Assembly (NCBI GenBank): GCA_900770325.1
Contig: CAAGKE010000112.1
Span: 1-46,709, forward strand
Direction of reading: 5' to 3'
Length of the DNA: 46,709 bases
Origin: Lachnospiraceae bacterium
Lineage (GTDB): Bacteria > Bacillota > Clostridia > Lachnospirales > Lachnospiraceae
A program made the position numbers and the translations under genes. The first letter of the stretch is position 1. Each line of letters opens with the position of its first letter. The notes beneath the pieces are model-generated. The model was not told the DNA's origin. It did no database searches and saw only the letters and a list, made by a program, of their open reading frames with translations. Positions 1 to 9,533 of this stretch are shown here, piece after piece.

Positions 1-124
1 CTAATTATTCAATTCAGCTAGATGGTGCTACTACGTACCTCATCGAATGGTAAAAGCATGTGGAATAAAACAAATAAGCACTTAGAATTTGTAATTGCGT
101 TTTTGAGGAAAGAAGGGGAGAAGC

Positions 125-697
125 GTGGGACAGCCAAAAGGGAAGAAAAACCCGATTACGCCGCAGGAACTGGAGCTTTTCAAACGATCAGTACATATCG
201 GGGATAAGCTCAAATACCGGGAAAGAGTGTGTGATGAAATAGCCGGTGTATGCATGATTAAGTTTCGAAAAATGGAAGTTGTTGGGATATACCCACACAT
301 TGTTATTCTGCGCGGTAAGAATAAATATGGGATCACGATAGAGAGAAGCATGACCTGGCAGGAGGCTTGCATTATCAATTCGAACAGACCCCAGGAGCAT
401 TTGGATGAAGAGATCAGGAAAAGGGCAGAGTCAGATGCCAAAGGCTGTACAAAAGTAATTCTGGAATTATTTGATATGGGATTAACCAAAGTCGAAATCG
501 CAAAGCAGACAGGTTACAGCTACGATAAAGTCAAGGCCGTGACTGCCACGAGAGGAAAAAATTGTCTTAAAAAACTGGATTACGGAAAGATAATTAGCCT
601 CCGGAAGCAGGGATTTTCATACAGGGTAATTTCAGAAAAAACCGGAGCCAGTGAAAGCTCTGTCAGAAGAATATTGAAAAAGGAGAAAGTCAAATGA
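125..697 (+). CDS. DNA-binding protein with two C-terminal helix-turn-helix-like segments
   Basis: 190-aa ORF with a GTG start after GAAGGGGAG. The segments GLTKVEIAKQTGYSYDKVKAV and GFSYRVISEKTGASESSVRRILKK look like HTH motifs. The stop overlaps the next start (ATGA at 694). Confidence 0.55.
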   Translation: MGQPKGKKNPITPQELELFKRSVHIGDKLKYRERVCDEIAGVCMIKFRKMEVVGIYPHIVILRGKNKYGITIERSMTWQEACIINSNRPQEHLDEEIRKRAESDAKGCTKVILELFDMGLTKVEIAKQTGYSYDKVKAVTATRGKNCLKKLDYGKIISLRKQGFSYRVISEKTGASESSVRRILKKEKVK

Positions 698-1131
698 TTG
701 CAGATAGCGGAAATAGAACAAAGTTTTCAACAGGTGCGGTTCGTGATTGTAAGGATGGCGTTGGCAGGATGGACTTGCTTCCGATGACAGCTATTATTGA
801 GCTTTCTAAGCACTGCGAGGAAGGCGCAAAGAAATATGGGGAGCACAATGTTGATAAGGGAATCCCTCAGCATAGTCTCTGCGATTCCGGAATGAGGCAT
901 CTGGTCAAATACATGAGAGGCGATACAGACGAAGATCATCTTCGGGCGGCTTGCTGGAACCTGATGTGGGCGCTTGAACAGAGGGAAAGACGTCCTGATA
1001 TGATAGATCTGTACGGGCATGAGAGTAAAGAGAAACGACATTGCAGCAACTGTATGAATGAATACGTTTGTAACTGGGAACCGGCAAAATATAGGGGATA
1101 TTGTAAAAATTGGAAGCCAGACAAGAGGTGA
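694..1131 (+). CDS. MazG-like nucleotide pyrophosphohydrolase (dATP/dGTP diphosphohydrolase N-terminal-domain-like)
   Basis: FSTGAVRD..GRMDLLP, EEGAKKYGEHN..KGIP, RHL.KY..GDTDEDHL.A..WNL match the pattern I remember for this all-alpha NTP-PPase family. Confidence 0.65.
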   Translation: MIADSGNRTKFSTGAVRDCKDGVGRMDLLPMTAIIELSKHCEEGAKKYGEHNVDKGIPQHSLCDSGMRHLVKYMRGDTDEDHLRAACWNLMWALEQRERRPDMIDLYGHESKEKRHCSNCMNEYVCNWEPAKYRGYCKNWKPDKR

Positions 1132-1135
1132 CATA

Positions 1136-1294
1136 ATGAGCAAGAGAAGAAACGGAACCAATCGCGCCGGAGCATTAACCGGGGGAAGTCGGTGGACAGG
1201 ATTTGCAAGACCTGTCAAAAGAAATTTCAATTTAGAGGAATATAACAGAAAAGTGAAAGATAAGTGCCGAGTAGTTTGCTCAGAAAGAGGATGA
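1136..1294 (+). CDS. small basic hypothetical protein (52 aa)
   Basis: ATG 7 nt after AGAGGTGA. It fills the gap between two genes and is Arg/Lys-rich. Confidence 0.4.
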   Translation: MSKRRNGTNRAGALTGGSRWTGFARPVKRNFNLEEYNRKVKDKCRVVCSERG

Positions 1295-1301
1295 AATCCG
1301 T

Positions 1302-4300
1302 ATGGATTATTTAGATTTTTTGAAAACCAAAATAGAAATCGCGGTAGACAGCGGTTTTGTTGTAGATCAGGAAGAAATTAATCCAGCACTTAAACCACAC
1401 CAGAAAGATGCAGTAATTTGGGCGTTAAAGGGCGGACGCAGGGCCTTATTTGAAAACTTTGGAATGGGAAAAACCATACAGGAAATCGAATTTTGCTATC
1501 AGGCAGTGCGCCGGTTTAGTGGTAAAGCACTGATCGTATGCCCGTTAGGAGTTAAGCAGGAGTTCCAGAGGGATGCTGTGAAGCTTCTGGGATATAAAGA
1601 ACCGGTATATGTTCGGAATATGGATGAGGTCATGGAAGCGGAAGGAGATATCCTGATTACGAATTATGAGCGTGTCAGGGATGGAGATATCCAGCCGGAT
1701 TATTTTACTGCAACAAGTCTGGATGAAGCTTCCGTCTTACGGAGTTTTGGCAGCAAGACCTATCAGACGTTCCTGGATAAATTCAAGAGTGTGCCTTACA
1801 AACTGGTAGCCACGGCAACGCCATCTCCGAACAAATACAAGGAGCTGATCCATTATGCCGGATACCTGGAAATAATGGATACAGGACAGGCGTTGACACG
1901 GTTTTTTCAAAGGGATTCCACGAAAGCGAATAACCTGACGCTGTATCCAAATCAGGAGGACGAGTTTTGGCTGTGGGTAAGTAGCTGGGCGCTGTTTATC
2001 ACAAAACCTTCAGATGTCAATCCGAAGTATTCTGATGATGGGTATGTTCTTCCGCCACTGGATGTCAGATGGCATGAACTCCCTGTACATTATGGGGACG
2101 CAACAGATCGGGATGGGCAGTTTGAATTATTCAAAGAAGCTGCAGCAGGATTAAAAGAAGCAGCACAGGTGAAACGGGAGAGCATTGATTCCAGAGTGCA
2201 GAAGATGAAAGAGATTGTGGATTCTGATCCGGATGCACATTTTATCCTCTGGCATGATCTGGAAGATGAAAGAAAAGCCATTAAGGCTGCGATACCTGAA
2301 ACGGTGGATATTTACGGGTCTCAGGATTATGAAATCCGAGAAAAGCGAGTGATTGATTTCTCAGAAGGAAAAACGAGGCTGTTTGCTACCAAGAAGGAGC
2401 TTTCCGGATCCGGGTGCAACTTCCAGAGATGCTGCCACAGAGAAATTTTCCTTGGAATTGATTATGAGTTTAATGACTTCATCCAGGCAATTCACCGGTG
2501 CTATAGATTCCTCCAGACCGAACCTGTAATTATTGACATTATCTATATGGAAAATGAGCGGCAGATTAAAGATGCATTACTGGAAAAGTGGAAAAATCAC
2601 GATCATATGGTACAGAAGATGGTCGAGATTGTTAAGAAGTACGGCCTTTCAGGAGTCGGGAAAGAAAAACGCCTGGAGCGGAAGATGGGAGTTGAAACAG
2701 TGCGAGTAAAGGGAAAGAAATACACGGCCGTACATGATGACTGTGTGGAAGAAACCAAAAGAATGGAGACTGACAGTGTTGATCTGATTCATACGTCAAT
2801 CCCGTTTGGAAACCATTATGAGTACAGCGCAAATTACAATGATTTTGGACACAACCAGAATACAGAGAGATTCTTTGAACAGATGGATTTTCTTACACCA
2901 GAACTCCTGCGCGTGCTTAAGCCAGGCAGAGTAGCAGCCATACATGTGAAGGACAGAGTGCTTTTTGGGAATACAACGGGAACTGGAATGCCAACAATAG
3001 AACCGTTCCATGCGTTATGCATTGAGCATTATATGAAACATGGTTTTCAGTATTTTGGCATGATAACGGTTGTGACAGACGTTGTGAGGGAGAACAACCA
3101 GACATACCGGCTGGGATGGACAGAACAGTGCAAGGACGGCTCAAAGATGGGTGTTGGGTGTCCGGAATACATACTTCTGTTTCGAAAATTGCCGACAGAC
3201 CGGTCAACGGCTTATGCGGATGATCCGGTGAAAAAGAGCAAGGATGAATATACCCGCGCTCAGTGGCAGATTGATGCTCATGCATATTGGCGCAGCTCAG
3301 GAGATCGGCTTGTGAGGAAAGAAGAACTTGAACAATGCTCAGTTGATAATTTACAAGCGGTTTACCGTGCATACAGCAAGGATCATGTGTACAGCTATGA
3401 AGATCATGTATCTTTGGCAAAGCATCTGGATAAAAACGGAAAGCTCCCGGCCACGTTTATGGTGGTAGCACCCGGAAGCTGGACTTGGGAAGTGTGGGAC
3501 GATATAAACCGAATGAAAACGCTCAATACAACCCAGAGCAGAAGGAGGGCGCAGCTCCATGTATGCCTTGCAGAAGGAACGTTGGTCCTGACAAAGGAAG
3601 GTTATAAACCAATCGAAAAAGTACAGGTAGGAGATTTGGTTCTGACCCATAAAGGAAACTGGAAGCCGGTTATAGCAAAGTCATGCACCGGGACAAAGGA
3701 AACTATACAGACAAAAGCGCAGGGAGTGGCAAGGCTTATAACTACACCAGAACATAAATTATGGGCAAAGAAGACGGATTACGCCAGACCAAAATATGGG
3801 CTAAATAAAGCAACCGCAGAATGGGTTGAAGCTAAAAATCTCCCTGGAGGATACTGCAACCTTAAACTTCCGAATGTGGAAGAGAGCCTACTTAATGAGC
3901 AAGAATGGTGGATTATAGGGAGATATCTTGCAGATGGTCATAAGGGAACGCGAGGAGACTTCTTTATCAGCGTCGGAAAGAGTAAAGTAGCAGAATTTGA
4001 GCAAAAGGCTGCTGGAAAATATGGTGCATGCGGGGAACGTGACGCGCTCCAGTACAGGCTAATTAACCTTAGTGAACCGCTTAAAAATATGCTTCGAAAA
4101 TGCGGACGCGGAGCGGAAAACAAACAGGTTCCTGTTGAAGGATTATGTCTTAACCGGGAATTGTCAGAAGCGTTATTAAGTGGATATTTATCAGGTGACG
4201 GAAACATAACCGGTAATTGCACATCGGCCACATCTGTATCGAGGGCTTTACTTTTGGGAATGGCAATGGTGGCTCAAAGGGCAAAAAATGTTATAGCATC

Positions 4301-4784
4301 TGTATATGCTGGAAGAGAAGAACGGGACAGCGAAATTCTTGGAAGGAAGGTGCATTGCCAGCAGGAGTGGGTAATGTCATGGAGAGATTCAGTACATCAC
4401 CACGAGGGTGAAATTATGGAAGATGGCGCATGGAAAAAAGTTAAGCAGTATGAAAAAATGGGCGTTCGCGAAGTGTGGAGCATACAAGTAGCGGATGATG
4501 CCAGCTATACCGCGGAGGGATGTATTGTAAAGAATTGTCCTCTTCAGCTAGATATCGTACAGAGAATTATCAACAGATACAGCAACGGAGGAGATCTTGT
4601 CTATGATCCGTTTGGAGGTCTTATGACGGTGCCTTACATGGCTGTAAAGATGGGGCGCAGGGGGTATGGATGTGAACTAAACCCGGATTATTTCCGGGAT
4701 GGCGTGGGGTATCTGCAGGCGGCAGAAGATGAGATTGAAGCGCCTACATTATTCGATTACATGCCGGATGTGATTGGATTATAA
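1302..4784 (+). CDS. SNF2-family helicase fused to a beta-class N6-adenine/N4-cytosine DNA methyltransferase, interrupted by an intein
   Basis: Helicase motifs are GMGKT (I), LDEAS (II), ATATPSPN (III), SGSGCNFQ (V) and QAIHRCYRFLQ (VI). Methyltransferase motif IV is DLIHTSIPFG, followed later by motif I, VYDPFGGLMT. The extein junction AQLHV/CPLQLDIVQRII restores an HxxxxP..L..R.I methylase block. Confidence 0.9.
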   Translation: MDYLDFLKTKIEIAVDSGFVVDQEEINPALKPHQKDAVIWALKGGRRALFENFGMGKTIQEIEFCYQAVRRFSGKALIVCPLGVKQEFQRDAVKLLGYKEPVYVRNMDEVMEAEGDILITNYERVRDGDIQPDYFTATSLDEASVLRSFGSKTYQTFLDKFKSVPYKLVATATPSPNKYKELIHYAGYLEIMDTGQALTRFFQRDSTKANNLTLYPNQEDEFWLWVSSWALFITKPSDVNPKYSDDGYVLPPLDVRWHELPVHYGDATDRDGQFELFKEAAAGLKEAAQVKRESIDSRVQKMKEIVDSDPDAHFILWHDLEDERKAIKAAIPETVDIYGSQDYEIREKRVIDFSEGKTRLFATKKELSGSGCNFQRCCHREIFLGIDYEFNDFIQAIHRCYRFLQTEPVIIDIIYMENERQIKDALLEKWKNHDHMVQKMVEIVKKYGLSGVGKEKRLERKMGVETVRVKGKKYTAVHDDCVEETKRMETDSVDLIHTSIPFGNHYEYSANYNDFGHNQNTERFFEQMDFLTPELLRVLKPGRVAAIHVKDRVLFGNTTGTGMPTIEPFHALCIEHYMKHGFQYFGMITVVTDVVRENNQTYRLGWTEQCKDGSKMGVGCPEYILLFRKLPTDRSTAYADDPVKKSKDEYTRAQWQIDAHAYWRSSGDRLVRKEELEQCSVDNLQAVYRAYSKDHVYSYEDHVSLAKHLDKNGKLPATFMVVAPGSWTWEVWDDINRMKTLNTTQSRRRAQLHVCLAEGTLVLTKEGYKPIEKVQVGDLVLTHKGNWKPVIAKSCTGTKETIQTKAQGVARLITTPEHKLWAKKTDYARPKYGLNKATAEWVEAKNLPGGYCNLKLPNVEESLLNEQEWWIIGRYLADGHKGTRGDFFISVGKSKVAEFEQKAAGKYGACGERDALQYRLINLSEPLKNMLRKCGRGAENKQVPVEGLCLNRELSEALLSGYLSGDGNITGNCTSATSVSRALLLGMAMVAQRAKNVIASVYAGREERDSEILGRKVHCQQEWVMSWRDSVHHHEGEIMEDGAWKKVKQYEKMGVREVWSIQVADDASYTAEGCIVKNCPLQLDIVQRIINRYSNGGDLVYDPFGGLMTVPYMAVKMGRRGYGCELNPDYFRDGVGYLQAAEDEIEAPTLFDYMPDVIGL
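3564..4535 (+). mobile_element. Intein (324 aa) with LAGLIDADG homing-endonuclease domain, in-frame inside the methyltransferase domain
   Basis: The N-terminal splice block is CLAEGTLVLTKEGYKPIEKVQVGDLVL and block B is TTPEH. The two LAGLIDADG motifs are WWIIGRYLADGH and LLSGYLSGDGNI. Block F is VWSIQVADDASYTAEG and the C-terminus is CIVKN followed by the +1 Cys (TGT at 4536). Confidence 0.85.
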
Positions 4785-4863
4785 AGCAATATACATAAAA
4801 AACAGAAAGGAGACCGGAGCCGCTGGCCAGCGTAAAGGATATCCTGGCTCCTTTCGAAACATT

Positions 4864-6033
4864 ATGGAACAATTGAGTTTTATCGATGCCGAGGAGATGG
4901 AAGTATCGGAAATCACGGAACGGACAGAAGCGGAACAGAAAGAATTTGAGGAGTGGAGGCAGAAAAAGAAGGAAGCAAAAGCGAGATTTACAGCAATGCA
5001 GAATCTACCTTATGAGGTCAAAGTAAAACGAGCAGAACTCAGAGCGATTGAGTTTGTGGAGCAGATGGACGCACGGGGATGCAATGCTCATGTGAGCGTT
5101 GGAGGATTGGATAGCATTACACTGCTTTTCTTCCTACGGCATATTGGGATTGACGTACCTGCAATATCGGTATCCGGAGTAGAGGATAAGAGCATTCAGC
5201 GTATTCATAAATTAATTGGCGTTGAGACTTTGAAATCCTACAAAACCAAAGTGGAAGTGCTGAATGAGGTAGGATTCCCAGTGATCAGCAAGAAGATTGC
5301 AGGGCGGATTGACCTATTGCAACATCCGACTCCGGATAATCAGACTGTTAGGCATGCGATTATCACAGGAGAATGCGGAGCGCAGGGACACTTCGCGAAG
5401 AACAGCCGTATGCAACTTCCGAAACGGTGGCTGGAGCTGTTTGGTGGTCCAGAAAATGAAAATGAAGGCGTGAACTATCAGACGGCACCTTTTCTGGTAT
5501 CAAATAAGTGCTGCTATTACCTGAAGGAGAAACCGTGTGATGACTGGGCAAAGGAGCATAACAGCTGGCCGTTTCTCGGAATGATGGCATCGGAAGGCGG
5601 ACAGCGGGAAGAAGCGCTGGTAGACCATGGATGCAATTATTACGGAAAGACAGTTATGAGATCAGCGCCGTTTGCTCCGTTTCTCAGACAGGATATTTTG
5701 CAGTTGGCCCTTGATCTGGATGTTCCGGTTCCGGAAATATACGGAGAAATCAGGAGAAAGCCGGATGGAACACTGTATACAACAAAGGCTCAGCGAACCG
5801 GATGCAGCATGTGCGGATTTGGGATACATATGGAACCGCGGCCACATCGGTTTGATCGGTTGCGGGAAATGAACCCTAAAGAATGGGAATTTTGGATGTA
5901 CCGTTGTTGCACAGACAAGGCAACGGGTGAGAAGTTTGGATGGGGCCGTGTGTTGGATTATATCGGAGTAGCATGGGAGGATTATCCGGTAACACAAATG
6001 AGCCTGTTTGATCTGATGGAGGCGAAGCCATGA
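4864..6033 (+). CDS. PAPS-reductase-like (adenine-nucleotide alpha-hydrolase superfamily) protein with Cys-rich C-terminal half
   Basis: The PP-loop-like motif HVSVGGLDS is followed by Cys clusters CCYYLKEKPC and GCSMCGFG. The ORF is open from a TTG at 4774, but I chose the first ATG, so the start is uncertain. Confidence 0.75.
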   Translation: MEQLSFIDAEEMEVSEITERTEAEQKEFEEWRQKKKEAKARFTAMQNLPYEVKVKRAELRAIEFVEQMDARGCNAHVSVGGLDSITLLFFLRHIGIDVPAISVSGVEDKSIQRIHKLIGVETLKSYKTKVEVLNEVGFPVISKKIAGRIDLLQHPTPDNQTVRHAIITGECGAQGHFAKNSRMQLPKRWLELFGGPENENEGVNYQTAPFLVSNKCCYYLKEKPCDDWAKEHNSWPFLGMMASEGGQREEALVDHGCNYYGKTVMRSAPFAPFLRQDILQLALDLDVPVPEIYGEIRRKPDGTLYTTKAQRTGCSMCGFGIHMEPRPHRFDRLREMNPKEWEFWMYRCCTDKATGEKFGWGRVLDYIGVAWEDYPVTQMSLFDLMEAKP

Positions 6034-7529
6034 TTAACGGAGAACTGATAGTTGATAACTTTGCCGGTGGCGGGGGAGCAAGCACCGGTATAGAGATTGC
6101 CACAGGTAAGAGCGTGGATATCGCCATAAATCATGATCCCATGGCGATTGCCCAGCACAAGGCCAATCACCCAAGCACCAAGCATTACTGCGAGTCTGTG
6201 TGGGATGTAAAACCAAAAGAGGTGTGCAAAGGTCATCCGGTGGCGCTGGCGTGGTTCTCGCCGGACTGCAAGCATTTTTCTAAGGCTAAGGGAGGAAAAC
6301 CTAAGGACAAGAATATTCGCGGCCTCGCGTGGGTAGCGCTCCGCTGGGCGGCGATTGTCCGACCGAGGGTGATTATGCTGGAGAATGTAGAGGAATTCAA
6401 GGACTGGGGGCCGCTAAACCGCGGGCACCGTCCGATTAAGGCAAAGAAAGGTGTGACATTCCGGAAGTTTGTCAGTCAACTGGAAGATCTGGGATATGTT
6501 GTGGAGCACAGGGAACTGGTTGCAGCTGATTACGGAGCGCCAACTACCAGAAAGCGGTTCTTCCTGATTGCCAGATGCGACGGCAAGCCGATTGTCTGGC
6601 CAGAGCCGACACATGGCCCGCGTGAATCGGATAAGGTCAAATCAGGTATCCTGAAACCTTATGTCGGAGCATATACGCAGATTGATTTCAGCCTTCCGTG
6701 TCCCAGCATTTTTGACAGCAAAGAGGAGATCAAGCAGAAGTACGGAATTAAGGCACAGAGACCTCTTGCAGAAAAAACCATGCAGAGGATTGCCAGAGGG
6801 CTAAAAAAGTTCGTGATGTATAATCCGGAGCCGTTTATTGTGACAGTAAATCACGGAGGAGAGCGAGCACCAAGAGACGTCAAAGATCCGATGCCGACTA
6901 TCACTGGAAAGCATGGCTTTGGAATAATTGTTCCCACACTGATACAGTACCATTCAGAGACTGTTAGCGGTGAAGTTCGTGGGCAGAAACTGGACGAGCC
7001 TATAATGACGGTGGACGGAAGCAACCGATATGGACTAACAATCGCATATCTGGTGCAATTTAATAATCATTGTGACGGTCGTGATATGAGGGACCCCATA
7101 CCGACAATAACCGCAGGAGATGGGCATTTTGGAGAGGTCAGGGCTTTTTGTGTTAAATATTACGGACAGGGCACCGGGCAGGATATTAAAGACCCTCTGG
7201 ACACGATCACAGCCAATGACCGGTTCGGGCTTGTGACGGTTAATAGCATTGATTACGCCATCGTAGATATCGGTCTGCGGATGTTGGAGCCGAAAGAGTT
7301 GTATGGTTGTCAGGGATTCCCTGAAGATTACATAATTGACCGGGACTACACCGGGAAGCCTTATCCGAGGTCAGAGCAGGTGAAGCGCTGCGGTAATGCT
7401 GTCTGCCCACCGATACCGGCGGCACTGGTAAAAGCAAATCTACCAGAGATCTGTAAAGCTCACAGAATGCCCATATGCAGACCGGACAGAGTGATGCAAG
7501 AGGATTCTGGGCAAATAAGGTTTGCATAG
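6030..7529 (+). CDS. DNA (cytosine-5)-methyltransferase
   Basis: Motif I DNFAGGGGAS, motif IV FSPDCKHFS, motif VI IMLENV, LEPKELYGCQGFPEDY, motif X GNAVCPP. The ATGA start overlaps the upstream stop. Confidence 0.9.
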   Translation: MINGELIVDNFAGGGGASTGIEIATGKSVDIAINHDPMAIAQHKANHPSTKHYCESVWDVKPKEVCKGHPVALAWFSPDCKHFSKAKGGKPKDKNIRGLAWVALRWAAIVRPRVIMLENVEEFKDWGPLNRGHRPIKAKKGVTFRKFVSQLEDLGYVVEHRELVAADYGAPTTRKRFFLIARCDGKPIVWPEPTHGPRESDKVKSGILKPYVGAYTQIDFSLPCPSIFDSKEEIKQKYGIKAQRPLAEKTMQRIARGLKKFVMYNPEPFIVTVNHGGERAPRDVKDPMPTITGKHGFGIIVPTLIQYHSETVSGEVRGQKLDEPIMTVDGSNRYGLTIAYLVQFNNHCDGRDMRDPIPTITAGDGHFGEVRAFCVKYYGQGTGQDIKDPLDTITANDRFGLVTVNSIDYAIVDIGLRMLEPKELYGCQGFPEDYIIDRDYTGKPYPRSEQVKRCGNAVCPPIPAALVKANLPEICKAHRMPICRPDRVMQEDSGQIRFA

Positions 7530-7539
7530 GAGGATATAA

Positions 7540-8523
7540 ATGATTATTGGACTTCATGACGCAGAAAAGGAGCATTTTAAGAGCAAAAATTTCCCGAATT
7601 TGGCCCTTATGAAAATATCTGCTTGGCATAAAGCTCAGGGAGATACTGTTGAGTGGTGGAATCCGTTGTACCGTTATGATCGGGTGTACAGCAGCAAGGT
7701 ATTCGATTTTACGCCAGTTGACCCTTATCTGCCGGAAGATGCAATAAGGGGAGGCACAGGATACAGTGATCTGCCAATGAACCGAGAACTACCACCAGAG
7801 ATCGATGAAATGTACCCGGATTATTCTATTTATCCTGATTGCGATTATGCCATTGGATATCTGACACGTGGATGCCCAAATCATTGTAGATGGTGCGTAG
7901 TGCCGAAAAAAGAGGGCACGATAAGACCATATCGGAGCTGGAAGGATGTTGTAAGGCATGACACGGACAAGTTGGTGTTGATGGATAATAACATACTGGC
8001 TTGTGAATACGGAATTGAGCAGCTGGAGAGCTTGATCGGGAGCGGACATCGCATTGATCTCAATCAAGGGATGGATGCAAGGTTGGTAGATGACAGGATA
8101 GCATTTATTCTGTCGCAGCTCCAGTGGATCCGGTTTATCAGGTTCTCCTGCGATCAGAAATCTCAGATTGAGCCAATCAGACGCACGATAGAGTTTCTGG
8201 ATAAATATGGTGTTCGTCCGTATCGAATTTTTATATACCTTCTGGTGACGACTGATATCCAGGACGCTTCAGACCGTGTGGAATCGCTGAAAATGTATAG
8301 AGGGATAAATCTGTACGCGCAGGCAGAGCGAAATGAACGTATGGGAATTATGCCGAATGAAATGCAATTAGAGTTCCAGCAGCGTTATATGTACGGAGGA
8401 TGTTACCGGACAGAAACATGGAGGGAATATTGTCAGAGAAAAAGAATTGGGAGAACTAAGAATGAATGTTTGAAGGAGACGGAAGATTATGAAGGTAAAA
8501 ATCGAACCCAGAAACAAGACTGA
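7540..8523 (+). CDS. radical SAM protein
   Basis: CxxxCxxC cluster GCPNHCRWCVVP. The N-terminal FPNLALMKISAWHKAQGDTVEWW resembles the B12-binding-like lead domain of class-B-like radical SAM enzymes. RBS is AGGAGGA. Confidence 0.8.
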   Translation: MIIGLHDAEKEHFKSKNFPNLALMKISAWHKAQGDTVEWWNPLYRYDRVYSSKVFDFTPVDPYLPEDAIRGGTGYSDLPMNRELPPEIDEMYPDYSIYPDCDYAIGYLTRGCPNHCRWCVVPKKEGTIRPYRSWKDVVRHDTDKLVLMDNNILACEYGIEQLESLIGSGHRIDLNQGMDARLVDDRIAFILSQLQWIRFIRFSCDQKSQIEPIRRTIEFLDKYGVRPYRIFIYLLVTTDIQDASDRVESLKMYRGINLYAQAERNERMGIMPNEMQLEFQQRYMYGGCYRTETWREYCQRKRIGRTKNECLKETEDYEGKNRTQKQD

Positions 8524-8713
8524 TGTGGGAGGTATTCTCTGCATGCCGCTGAAGCAGAACATCCCGAATCCAAAGGATAAATCATGGAAGCTTACAACTT
8601 GCCGGGGGTGTGGAAGTGAATGCTGGGACAGGCCTATTCCAGATGGGTATTCCCGGAGTAGCTTCGGCGGGAAACTGTGTACAGAATGTGCGGTCAGGAA
8701 AATGTGTCAGTAA
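8489..8713 (+). CDS. small zinc-ribbon protein
   Basis: CRGCGSEC ... CTECA cysteine pairs. RBS is GAAGGAGA. Confidence 0.55.
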   Translation: MKVKIEPRNKTDVGGILCMPLKQNIPNPKDKSWKLTTCRGCGSECWDRPIPDGYSRSSFGGKLCTECAVRKMCQ

Positions 8714-8730
8714 AGATTAGAGGATCAGAT

Positions 8731-8919
8731 ATGGATATTGAAGGAATGAGTAAGTATAGCGGGAAGAAAATTGAAGATCTTGATGGAATATGCGGAGTAA
8801 CCGGGAGAAAGACAAGAGATCTTAATTGTTGCCCCTTTATAGCCATGGGAGCATATTATTGCTTCGGAAAAGACTGTGAGTATTTTGAATATGCGAACAA
8901 GAATAATATATCTGGTTAA
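8731..8919 (+). CDS. hypothetical protein
   Basis: ATG after AGAGGA. The ORF is open from 8677. Confidence 0.5.
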   Translation: MDIEGMSKYSGKKIEDLDGICGVTGRKTRDLNCCPFIAMGAYYCFGKDCEYFEYANKNNISG

Positions 8920-9031
8920 GGAAAATGTAATCATGGATATGATAACTTCTACTACCGCAAAGGTAAAAATAATGGGTGTGAAAAATGCAGTTAATTCCGG
9001 TGTGATTCATTTAATGAAAAATAGGTGACTT

Positions 9032-9199
9032 ATGATACAGTGTAATAAAAATTGTAATAAGTGCAAACAGTTAAATGTTAGAACTGACGATAAGGGATAT
9101 CCATATCGATATGATTGCATGAAGTATGGAGACTCTGTATTTGAAACTGATTTTGAGAGTACGAAAGAGTTTAAAACAGAAGAAGATTTCAATCAATAA
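9032..9199 (+). CDS. small Cys-rich hypothetical protein (55 aa)
   Basis: Found by hand, below the ORF-track cutoff: MIQCNKNCNKCKQ..., after AGGTGA. I prefer it over the antisense 61-aa ORF because all its neighbours are on the + strand. Confidence 0.4.
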   Translation: MIQCNKNCNKCKQLNVRTDDKGYPYRYDCMKYGDSVFETDFESTKEFKTEEDFNQ

Positions 9200-9261
9200 T
9201 TCAGTTTGTAGTGAGGTAACATATGATGATATGAATGATTGAGGTTTATCAGGGAGGGAGT

Positions 9262-9450
9262 ATGGATAGAATCAAGAAAATGATTTTAAGCGGGATTGAA
9301 AAAGGCGGCATTAAAGACGTGGCAGATTGTGTGGCGGCAATCACTGGATGGTACGGACAGTCGGAAGATAAAACTGTTCCGATCGAATTGCTCGAATGGG
9401 TTTTAGAGCTTGCCGCAAGTGGAAAAATTGAGATAACGAGAAGAAACTAA
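9262..9450 (+). CDS. hypothetical protein
   Basis: ATG directly after GGGAGGGAG. Confidence 0.55.
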   Translation: MDRIKKMILSGIEKGGIKDVADCVAAITGWYGQSEDKTVPIELLEWVLELAASGKIEITRRN

Positions 9451-9533
9451 AATACATCTAAAATGGAACTTAAATTGAGGTTTAGGCGATTTGGATAAAT
9501 TTTTAAACGCATGGACACAGGGAGGTAACGAAA

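Noticed and set aside
82-1230. Minus-strand ORFs 82..489, 727..1230 and 936..1208
   Set aside because: They are antisense to well-supported + strand genes.
9007-9192. 61-aa minus-strand ORF
   Set aside because: A + strand 55-aa Cys-rich ORF with an RBS (9032..9199) occupies the same space and fits the unidirectional operon.
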